Shown here in pieces: positions 23,201 through 35,200 of a DNA stretch of 60,796 nt (position 1 is the stretch's first letter; each line of letters starts with the position of its first letter). Made by a program: the position numbers and the translations under genes. The stretch spans positions 5,730,644 through 5,791,439 of the forward strand of contig NC_057750.1 of assembly GCF_004010195.1 (NCBI RefSeq). Direction: 5' to 3'. This stretch comes from Chiloscyllium plagiosum (Eukaryota). The notes beneath the pieces were generated by a model that saw only the letters and a program-made list of their open reading frames with translations, searched no databases and was not told where the DNA came from.

Positions 23201-26200
23201 TCTGTCCACTCACCTAGCCTGTCCAGGTCACCCTGTAATCTCCTAACACCCTCCTCACATTTCACCCTGCCACCCAACTTTGTATCATCAGCAAATTTGC
23301 TAATATTACTTTTAATACCATAATTTATATCATTAATGTACATTGTAAAAAGCTGCGGTCCCAGCACTGATTCCTGTGGTACCCCACCAGTCACCACCTG
23401 CCATTCCAAAAGGGAGCCGTTTATCACTACTCTTTGTTTCCTGTCAGCCAACCAATTTTCAATCCAAGTCAGTATTTTGCCCCCAATACCATGCGCCCTA
23501 ATTTTGCTCACTAACCTCCTATGTGGGACTTTATCAGCCGCCCCAGAGCTTTAGCTGGAGCTGACAAACAACGGGAAGCAAAAGGAGTGACCACAAAGAA
23601 GCCAGAGATATGCACAGTCCAAACTTTTCCACAACTCCTGAGAGGCAGGCTGAACATTCCAGCCACGCAGAGTTAATAACGACAGCCTGGCCCAAACGTC
23701 TGACCCACTTTCACCTGCATGAGCAGTTTGCATTTTCTGGGGCTGGAATGATGCTGCACAGACAGAGGCTATTCGTCCCACTGTGCCTCTGCTGTTCCTT
23801 CCCAATTTATCTTGCTAAGATACAAAGGATCTGAGCACAATGAAGAGATTGCACCATCTGGTGGCACAATGCAACACTGCAACACAAACCCCTAATAGAG
23901 ACTTTATTTACAGAACACCCATCACAACATTGGGACCTGGCAAAATGCTTTGCAAAACAGAGCACTTTTGAAAAACAGTGACTATAGCCTTTTTAATCTT
24001 TTACAGGGTGTAGACTCGCATTTATTGCTCAGTGCCCTCTTGAACCACTTGGTGAAGGGATGCTCGGTTCAGTTTGGGAGGCAGTTCCAAGATTTTCACC
24101 AGAAACTCTGAAGGAACAATGACATATTCCCAAATCAGGATGGTGAGGAGCTGGAGGGAAACTTGCAGGGGGGTGGTGTATCCCATGTATCTGCTGCCCT
24201 TGTCCTTCTATAGGGTTGTGGGTTTGGAAGGTGCTAATGAAGGAGCCTTGGTGAGTTGCTGCATCAGGTAACTCATACATATGGCTGTGGTAATGTAACA
24301 GCCAACATGAGTGCAGCAAGCTCTCACAAACAGTGAAGTGATAATGACTAGACCATTTTGGAATGTTGTTTGTGAATAACTGCTGGTTGGGATGCCACAC
24401 CACCCTGATCCTCTTGCAATTCGTTCTTTACATCCACCCACCAGGACAGCCAGGGTCCCTCCATCTAAAACCTCATCTAACAGGCTAGTGCCACGTTGAA
24501 AGCACATTTTAGGGTCTCAGTAAGCATTTTCTACTGTCCCTGCCAATCTGATCTGTGCGTATTTTCTCCCTTTACGATAAAGCAAGAGATAAAATATTAT
24601 TCATGAGCATGTTAGAATAAAATGATGCAGATTGTAAATTCCTAGCTAGTTCTCAGCAAATTTAACCAGTGATAAGGCAGTCAAATCTTCAACCACAGAC
24701 TTCTACAGCACAGAAAGAGGCCATTCAGCCCAACCCATCCATGATGATGTTTATGCTCCACACCATTTGAAAAGCATGTCTTAAGGTAGCACCTCCAACA
24801 ATGCAGCACTCCTTCAGTACTGCAGCAGGCATACTATTTGGTGCTCTGTGCTCCAGGCACTGGGGTGTGACACGAACCCTATGACCATCAGAACATACCC
24901 GCTCCAAGACTCGGACAGCAGAGAATGGAAGGGAATTGCAATCCCACCTTCCTAAGGCTTCTGTCACATGAGAACTCAGAGACAGTGAATACATACCATG
25001 TCTTGGGGAGCACGAACGGCTCCTTCTCGGGTACTCCTTCTCCCACTCGTCCCTTTCTTTATCTCTGCGTTCTCGCTCCCTGCATTTTGTTTTGGCGAAT
25101 TGTGGGGGGCGGGGGTAAGGAGGAGAGAGAACGGGAAGTAAAATTAACAAACAGTACTGTGCAACAAAAACAAAACACAACAAATTGTGGTCCTAGATGC
25201 TATCTGGACAGCTACGCAGTTCCTAACTCCGATATTCTACTGGCTGGTCATCCCACAGGATAACTATCCACTTGACTACTTTTGCTCACTTTCCCAATCG
25301 TAATGTTCTCACCCTAGATATTAAAGATTTCAAAGGATATGGAGATGGTGCAGGGAAGTGCAGGACAGGCTGAATGGCCTACTCCTGCTCCTATATTCTA
25401 GGTTCTTCCAACCCCTCCATAGCTTTGGAGCACCCGTTGGTTATGGTCAGGAACATTGGCTCCTCTGCAGTGACTCAGTAGTGAGGCCATTATCCAAAGG
25501 CAAAGCTAAACCTCTAGCAGGAACAGCACAGCATCTGTAACAGTGCACTGTTGGCTTTGCAACACAAACACAGCCATTGTTTTTAGATTAGATTACCTAC
25601 AGTGTGGAAACAGGCCCTTTGGTCCAACAAGTCCACACCGACCTTCCGAAGAGTAACCCACCCAGACCCATTTCCCTCTGACTAATGCAACAGCACAGCA
25701 TCTGTAACAGTGCACTGTTGGCTTTGCACACACAAACACAGCCATTGTTTTTAGATTAGATTACCTACAGTGTGGAAACAGGCCCTTCGGTCCAACAAGT
25801 CCACACCGACCTTCCGAAGAGTAACCCACCCAGACCCATTTCCCTCTGACTAATGCAGCTAACACTATGGGCAATTTAGCATGGCCAATTCACTTGACCT
25901 GCACATCTTTGGATTGTGGGAGGAAACCAGAGCACCCGGAGGAAACCCATATAGACGCGGGGAGAATGTGCAAACTCTGCACAGACAGTCGCCCGAGGGT
26001 GGAATCGAACCCCGGTCCCTGATGCTGAGGCAGCAGTGCTAACCACTGAGCCACTGTGCCATCCTAAAGAAGGGAAATTATTTTTGAAACTCTTCATGAT
26101 GAAACAAGGGCCCAGAGGTATTGATATAACAAATAGTTGATCAATTAACTATTTAACTGGATGTGTTGGTTAACAGATGAAAAAATACCAAGGGTAATTT

Positions 26201-29200
26201 GGTGATGGTGGTGCCAAAAAAAGACTTCACTTGTATGTAAGAACACCTCTGGATACAAGGAGAAAAAACTAACTGACTGGGTACAGCCAGTTCTTCTTTC
26301 ATGTAATGGTTGCGTTCTTAGGCAATCCTGCATTATAGAAAAATCACGCTTCAGAAACAGCACTTCGTGTTGGTGCTGTACTTGTGTTATAGCCAATGCA
26401 CGTTTTAAACATTTCTGCTTTAGGAACAGTTCACAATTCGTCATGTTACAGTGAAATCGTGTTAACGAAATGCGCGTTATAGTAGAACAACCTGCAGATG
26501 CTTGCGGTACAGTGGCAGTGACCCTAACTCTGTGCATGGAGGACTGGATTCTAGTCCCACCTGCTCCAGAGATGTGTAATTATATTTCTGAACAGGTTGA
26601 TTTGAGAAATATCTAAAAGACGCCCAAGTGGAATCGCTGTGTGGGAGGAGTTGTAAGGCGGAGTAGTAAACCCTAACCACAAGAATGGTGACTGGCTTGG
26701 ATCCAGATTGACAACAAGCAGATTCTGAAGGCAGCATTAAAAAAATTACTCTAAATGATCCACTCTTGAGGAATTTATGTTCTGTTCATGAAAAGTATTC
26801 TGGCACCACCTTTTGGGAGAGAGGAATTCAACGGAAGAAGCAGTGACCTTGCCCTTGATCATCCCACCCCCCCCCTGTCAGAGTGCTGGAAATTGCACAG
26901 AGTATGCCTGAACTTGCCAACAAATCAATTTTAATCAATGATAAGTTAGCCTTCTAAGGAGCATACGCAGTAGCAGCAGATCTGGATCATTTGGCCCCTT
27001 GAGCTTGTTCCATCATTCCATTCAGTAAGGCTGTGGCTGATCTGACTACTGTCAACTGGACCTTCTTGCCTGACCCAACAACCCCCACCCTCCAGCCCCT
27101 CATCTGTAACAACCTGCTATTCTATCAAAAATCTGACACAGCCGTAAATATAATCAACGGGTCAGGGGGGCATGGTGGTTCAGTGGTTAGCACTGCTGCC
27201 TCACAGCGCCAGGGATCTGGGTTAGATTCTAATCTCGGACGATTGTCTGTGTGGAGTTTGCTCATTCTCCCAGTGTCTGCGTGGGTTTCCTCCGGGTGCT
27301 CCGGTTTCCTCCCACAGTCCAAAGATGTGCGGGTTTGGTGAATTGGCCATGTCAACTTGTACATAGTGTCCAGAGATATGTAGGTTAGGTGCATTAGTCA
27401 GGGTAAAGTGTCGAGTAATACAGTAGTGGAATGGGCCTAGGTGGGTTACTCTTCGGAGGGTCAGTGTGGACTTGTTGGGCCGAAGGGCCTGTTTCCATAC
27501 TGTAGGGATTCTGTGATTCGACCCAGCCTTCTCTGCTCCTTTTTTTGGGGGGGGGGGGCTTTGGGCAAATTCCAAACATTGATTATCCTTGAAGAAATTT
27601 CCTCCCATCTCCATGGACAGACAGCACCTCCCACCACAGCTCATACTGAAACACTGACGTCTGGAGTTAAACCATGGACGTTAGTTGATCTTGGGGAGGG
27701 CAGTACTTAAAAAGGACTTATATTCAACAGCAAGGTCACTTATAGACAGACAGCACCTCCCACCACAGCTCATACTGAAACACTGATGTCTGGAGTTAAA
27801 CCATGGACGTTAGTTGATCTTGGGGAGGGCAGTACTTAAAAAGGACTTATATTCAACAGCAAGGTCACTTGATGAGGGACTGGCAAGTGTGTGGTGGATC
27901 ACAGCGAGAACAGGATTGAGCCAGTAGTTTGGCGACAGATCACCCCACCTGTATTTTGGCAACAAGCATGGGTCTGGGTACCAATAACAGCTGAAAAAGG
28001 GAACAAGCAGGGGAGCGCAAATGGCCCTGAACTGTCTTTGCTGCTTTGGATAAACACGCAAATCGTTCAAAACACAATGTACAAATTATAATCGCTTTTC
28101 TCCTTGCTTCCCTGTTGGATCCACAAGATTGGTCACAATTAGTGAAGCTAATCGAAGCAGAGATTACAGCAGATTTTTAAAGTAATTTACTGCGCACAGA
28201 GAGAGACAGAGAGAGCACGAGCGAGAGAGAGAAAGCGAGAGAGAGAGAGATGGAGGGAGTAGTAAAGTATTACTTTAGTCGGATCTTTCGAGCCATGGCT
28301 CGTAGTTCATCCTCACGTTCCTGAAAAGAGAAACAGAAACACAGTTCAATCGAAGTGTTTAATCATAGATCGTTTCAAACTTCGTGCATGTAACAAGGTT
28401 CCCCTCCACCCAACTAGGTGGAAGTCCCAAGGTTGCAGCTCCCACTGATACTGTCACTGTTCCTCGTTCACCACCACTGGCCTGACCCTGCGCCCCCCCC
28501 ACACTCTCCCTCTCAGCCACCCTCCTCTTCTGATCCACCAGCCCCCTAATCTCCTCCTGCATGCACAATGCTCCTCTTGCTCAACCAGCACATTCCAGTG
28601 ACCCACTCTTTATTCACAGTCAAGCCAGCCTCAATGTTATCTGTGTTGCAAAATTCCTTGCTCACTCTTGTCCAGTTTCTCCAACTGCAGCATTCATTCC
28701 CTCTCTCAGTATCTACTTCTTGATTAAGCAGTTTTAATGTTTGTTCTGCCCCTGGAATAAGTCTCCCACCCTAAAGCACTTTCACCAATACCTTAAATCC
28801 CAAAGCCCTATCCTTCAGCTGTCTATCACGGTCATCACAAACCTGCTGAACATTCTCTTCTTCAACTTCTCACCAAGTTCCTTGCAGTCTCCTAATAACC
28901 TGTCTTGCACCATGCTCAAACCCATAAACTCTCTTAGCTCCACATCATCAGATCTGAGGCCAGAAGGCCTATTAACAGATCTAGCATGACCACTTTAAGA
29001 AATACACTGGTGAGACTGCTTTAATGCAGTCCGTTATGGCGCAGTTCCAGATTCAGTGGTCTGTTTATAGCAAAGACTGCTGTAAGGGATCATGATAAAG
29101 AATCAGTTTAAGTGCCCTAAGGTAAGACTTAAACCCACAACCTGTAGGGGCCAAACTGACAATTAGGTCTGGGGAAGGCAGTGGGGTAGTGGTAATGTTA

Positions 29201-32200
29201 CTGGATTAGTATTGCAGATATGCCAGGCCAATGTTCTGAGAACATGGGCTTGAATCCCACCATGGCAGGAGGAGACCTACAGACTGTCCTTGTCGAGCAG
29301 ATTGCCAATTGCTTTGTGAAAGTTAACAAACAGGTGGCACGGTGGCTCAGTGGTTAGCACTGCTGCCTTCCAGCACCAGGGACCCAGGTTCGATTCCAAT
29401 CTCGGGCGATTGTCTGTGTGGAGTTTGCACATTCTCCCAGTGTCTGCATGGATTTCCTCCACGTGCTCCGGTTTCCTCCCACAGTCCAAAGATGTGCAAA
29501 TTAGGTGAATTGACTGTGCTATATTGTCCCATAGTGTCCAGGGATGTTAGGTTAGGTACACAGTCAGGGTAAATGTACAGTAATAGGGTAAGGGAATGGA
29601 TCTGGATAGGTTACTCTTTGGAGGGTCGGTGTGGACTTGTTGGGCCGAAGGGCCTGTTTCCACACTGTAGGGAATCTATGGTCTCGCTGTGTCAAAACAC
29701 TTCCATCTCCAGCCTGGCTCTAGCATTCTTAAATTGGTGTCCTGTGGTTACTAACACAATGGTAGCTTCAGGCGACCAAACGATTGCAATCAAGGTGAAA
29801 GGCAGCAACACACTTGTGTTATTTATACTTGTATTTGCTACTTATCAAATTTTGTTGGAACCATTCCTCATTGGTGGATAAATCCCCAATCTGAGCACCA
29901 GGATCTGTTGGTAAACACAACTCCAAGTCATAACATTGTAAGAGAAGGGCAACTAGATCTTCAGGCCTACTTCGCCATTTGTTAAGTGACTCAGGTGACT
30001 GTGGTCTTAACTCCATTTCCCTCCCTGGTGCCTTCATAACCCTTGACTCTCCTGTCAATCAAAAAATCTTCGCTAACTCAGTCCTGAATAAGTTAAATGA
30101 TCCAACCCCCACTGCTCTCTGGGAAGAGAATTAAATGGGAGATGCCTTGTTTTTAAACTGCACCCCTGGTTCTAGATTCCATACAAGATCCTTTCAGCAT
30201 CTATGCTGTCAAGTTGCCTAAGAATACTATACATTTTTCTAAGGTCGCCTCCCCTACCTCCAAGCCCCACTGTAAAGGCCAAGTCTGCTTAATCTATCCT
30301 CAGAGGACAATCACAACAACACATTCCAGGCATTAGCTTGGGACCCTTTCTTGAACTGATTACATTGTAAGTATATTCCTTCTTTAAGAAGGAAGCTAAA
30401 ACTAGACACAGGACTCAAATGAGGTCAAACCAATGTCCTGTTCAGTTGTTGCAAAGCTTTGCTACTTTTAAAACCCTCACAGTAAAGACCAACTTTCCAT
30501 CTGTCTCCTTAATTACCCAGTGTACCAGCTGCAATACTAATATTTTGTGATGCACAAGTGATACTAGATTCCGTCTGTACTGTAACATTCTGCAGTCTCT
30601 CCTTCTCCAATTAATTAAGTTACAGTCAGTGGAAATGAATATGAACAGGAATTTAAATATTATGACGTCTCCCTGCACACACAGAAAATGCAGCTGTTCA
30701 GCTTTGAGGACAGAACCCTGTTCTAGACTAAGCGCTACCCACATGTGATAAAGTTATGAAATACAACATTTTAAATACGAAGCAATCAATCAAAGAATCA
30801 AAAATGGCTAACGGGATGCTGGCTTCTATCTGAAGGCAGCTGGAATATAAAAGACAAAGTTTTATTTTAAGTTAACAGAGCCCTGGTCTGATGCATCTGA
30901 AGTAAAACATTCTCTGAAAAGAGATAGTTGTATTTGGAAAGGAGCACTCTGCTTGAGTTAGAGGATAGGCTGTTTCGGCTTGACTTCGAGGTTGGAGCCC
31001 AATGTAAAGACAGTGTCAAAGTGACACAGGGATCGAGAAATGCAATGGCCTGGTGGTATTATTGCTGGACAGGTAATGTTTCTGGGGGACACAGGTTCAA
31101 ATCCTGCCACGGCAGGTAGTGGAATTTGAATTCAATAAAAATTGACCGACATTACATTTGGATCGGCTCAGGCCGAAGGGCCTGTTCCTGGGCCGAAGAG
31201 CCTGTTCCTGGGCTGTAAATTTTCTTTGTTCTTTATCAGGAAGAAAACGCCATCTGGTTGATTCATGTCCTTTAGGGAAGGAAACTGCCATCCTTACCTG
31301 TCTGGCCTATAGCAAGGCGGTTGACTCTTAGCTGCCCTCTGAGCAATTAGGGTTGGGCAATAAATGCTGGCCCAGCCAGTAACATTCACGTCCCGTGAAT
31401 GAATTAAAGTAAAGGAACCTGTTCCCGTCCTGAGTGATTTTGGAACAATCTAATCGAGAGATAACTTTTAGAGCCAGTGAAACCAGCACTTCTTCACACA
31501 AAAGGAATTTGGAAGTCACCTTCCTGAAAAGGTGTGAGATGTTCGAGAAATTTGCAAGACTAATAATAGCGGTTTTCTGTTCACTGTTCCTCCTGGCAAT
31601 GCATTGGTACAAAAGGTGATGTTACTGTCTTTATTTTGCACAGGCTGTAGCTACTTTTCCTTTGCTGCCCTCACTTGTCAGTCTTCTTGATGCCCTACTG
31701 TCTCCTTCCCACCACCGGTGTTTTCGAGAACACCTCTGAGTCAATGGTTTTCCAAACACTTTATAACGAGAAGATTTAGATTAGATTACATTAGATTACA
31801 TTACAGTGTGGAAACAGGCCCTTGGGTCCAACAAGTCCACACCGACCCGCCGAAGCGCAACCCACCCATACCCCTACATTTACCCCTTACCTAACACTAC
31901 GGGCAATTTAGCATGGCCAATTCACCTAACCTGCACATCTTTGGACTGTGGGAGGAAACCAGAGCACCCGGAGGAAACCCACTCAGACACGGGGAGAACA
32001 TGCAAACTCCACACAGTCAGTCGCCTGAGGCGGGAATTGAACCCGGGTCTCAGGCGCTGTGAGGCAGCAGCGCTAACCACTGTGCCACCGTGCCGCCCAC
32101 AAAAAAACAAGAGGAAAATGTATCAGGACTTCCCAATGCAGTAAGCCTGATTCAGGAAGGGAAGGTCTCTGGCAAGCCTGGGTTGAAATGGAAAGAATGT

Positions 32201-35200
32201 TTTCAGATGCAGGCAGCTACATGCAGTATTGCGGGCAATGATGTCACATGCACTGATGCTGCCTGGGTGGTGAGTACACTGCCTTTTGGTTTAGCTAAGC
32301 ATTTTATGGATTACGTGACAACAGCAGGTTTAGTACAATTAAGCTACAGATCAGCTACGATCTGATGGAGCAGGATGAATAGGCTAAAGGGCCTTCCTTC
32401 TGTTCCAATGTTTCCCAACTTCCCACATCTGTTACAATCCTTCCCGTGGCCTGATTGGTTGTTGATGGCCTGGGAGATTACCTGTCGCTCCTGTTCTTGC
32501 TGCATCTGTTTCTCCTGAGCCGCTTTCTTGTCAGCTTTAACTGGAGGGGTAAAAAAATAAAGGATGAACTTTTCTTCGTACCTGCCTGCACTCCCACACA
32601 CCTCATCCTCACGTACTGGCTCCCTCCAGGGCAGTCAACCCCCAGTCGCACTCAATTCCTCTGGATGGTGTGATAGATCCACTTGTGACCGTGTGACTGA
32701 GACCAACAGAGTGATGGCACCTTGGTCCTCAGTTTGTAATGGATTAGTTGGCCTGGAGCCAGCTGCGAGGGGTAATTTATATCTCAACCAAAATACATCT
32801 GGGCCTGGCAGCCACAGGATGGAGCAAATGGAGTGGGAGAATCAGTCAGGGTTTCCTTCCCCCAGACTTCAGCCTCCGAGACAACATGCACATACTGTGG
32901 ACAGTGGGCACAGCTGGGTTTGATCATGATGACTTTTAGAGACAAACAGCTACTCCTTAGTCACTGTTCAAGGTCACGTGTAAATAGCGTGGTGTAGCTA
33001 GGGGACAACTTGTTGTGGTAGAATTGAGAGATGTATCAGGTCACAGAGGTCTACAGCACAGAGAGGGGCCGAGGCCCTTTGGCCCATGAATCTGCACCAG
33101 ACAAAGACAATCGTCTAACCATTTGAGTTCCATTTCCCAACTTATAAGGCAGCACTTTTCACAACTGGACCATCACAAAGCACTTAATAGCCAGTGTAGT
33201 GCTTTTCGAAACGTAGTCACCACCACAGCATGCTCCCACTAACAGCAATGTGACAGAGACCAGATTCCCCTTTTTGTGTGTAAGACGTCGATGGAGTGAT
33301 AAATACTGGGGACCAGGGCACTGGAGAGAATCCCCCTGTCCTTTGAAATAGCAGTCCCCGGAATCTTTTACATCCACCTGAGCAGACAATTTAATGTTTC
33401 ATCAGAAAGTCAGCACTTCCCTCAATACCACATTGGAGTGTCAGTATTGGTCTGTATGTTCAAGCTCCTAGATGGCCCTTTGGAAAAAAAATGGGAGCTT
33501 TACTCTGTATTTAGTTCTGTGCTGTACCTGTTCTGGGAGTGTTTGATGGGGCCATTGTAAACTGAGCTTTCCTCCATGTCTCAGTCCCATGCTGTGTCTG
33601 TCCTGGGAATGTTTGCGAGAGTGTAAAGGTAGATTTATTATTTATGTAACACGGAATTAGGAGAACTGGTTGCTTGGTCAAAGCATCAACATAACCATCA
33701 CCTTGAGGGACACAAAGCTAACAAAATCCCAGGAAACAAACTAGGACTTGGATCCTTACACTGTTTATTCAGTGCCTTTTGCATGCGGAGTTTCAGCTTC
33801 TCCTGTGGTGTCAGCTTTGGCTGGAAGAAAGAAAAAAAGGTGACATTTGTTCGAAGCCAATATTAGAGCAAGTCAGACAGTATTAAAAATCCTGCAGCAT
33901 CACGTCGAGAGAAATAGCACAGAACAGGACTCATTTTTCACACTGGAAACTGACTGCCTTGGCAACAGTCAACCAACCAGCCTGTGGGTAAGGGAGAGCC
34001 CAACACAGACCTGGGAGATTTTACACCATTTTAAGTTACATTTAAGTGTTTCCTGCAACCTAGATGAAGGCAAACATAAGGTAAAGGTTTACTGCACACT
34101 GTACACTCAGTAATGATTCTGAACAACAGCAGATGCAATCTGATTTTAAACTCTCTGCAACATAAGATGCAAGGGTCTGACAACCGTGCCATTAGGAAAT
34201 GCTGGCTGGCACTGTTGACCAGCCCCGAAATTACAACGTGCTAACCACATGCAGCACTGTTGCAAAGATTACTGATTGCAACATCACGGCAACTTCTCTG
34301 TTTGGTACTGAGCCGTTCAGGAAGTTAACACGTGATACTAGTATCCTGGGCAGCTCAATTTACGTTCATGACACATTGCAGTCTTGAGAACCCTGCTGGA
34401 ATCTCACTGCTGAACACGTAGGCAGGTCCAAGCCACAGTCAAGCCAACCTCAAAAAGTTTTGTGGCCTAACCCCTTCTGGGATCAAATGGTCATTAAAAA
34501 ATTGACAGAACATACTTTCTGTTAAGCACAGGACTAACACTTAAATGCCTCAATGAGGATTCCATGTGAAAACCTCCAGACATTAATCAGTGAACGCAAG
34601 TCAGCTTTGATCAGGCAACTGCTCACATTTATAAAAAGAGATGGAATTGACCGTGAGAAATTAAACATCATAGAACCTGGGGCCTCAAGTCTGGGATTCA
34701 AGAGGAAATGTTCAGGATGAGGTGGTCATATTTCTCGGTTTGCACCTCAAATATAAGTGTTGGGAAAAATTCTGCATCCACATTTTCTCCCCACTCTCAC
34801 TGAGGTTATAGACTTAATGCTAAGTTTACTGCTGCTGCTGTGTTCTAATAAAGTAATGTCTAGTGTGACCACTGGCAGCTTAACTGAATTGAGAATATAG
34901 GGTTCTAGATTAGAGTGGTGCTGGAAAAGCACAGCAGGTCAGGCAGCATCTGAGGAGCAGGAAAAAAAAATCGACATTTCAGGCAAAAGCCCTTCATCAG
35001 GAAGGGCTTCCTGATGAAGGACTTTTGCCTGAAATGTTGATTTTTCCTGTTCCTTGGATGCTGCCTGACCTGCTGTGCTTTTCCAGCACCACTCTAACCT
35101 AGAGTCTGATCTCCAGCAACTGCAGTCCTCACTTTCGCCTGGGTTGAGAAGATGGTTAACTAAATCTGAAAGTTGAGTTTAAAACCCACCCCAACGCGAG

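Noticed and set aside
22464..23511. Long RT-like ORFs as a possible domesticated gene
   Set aside because: 5'-truncated, frameshifted CR1 ORF2 with its normal tail; an ordinary intronic insertion
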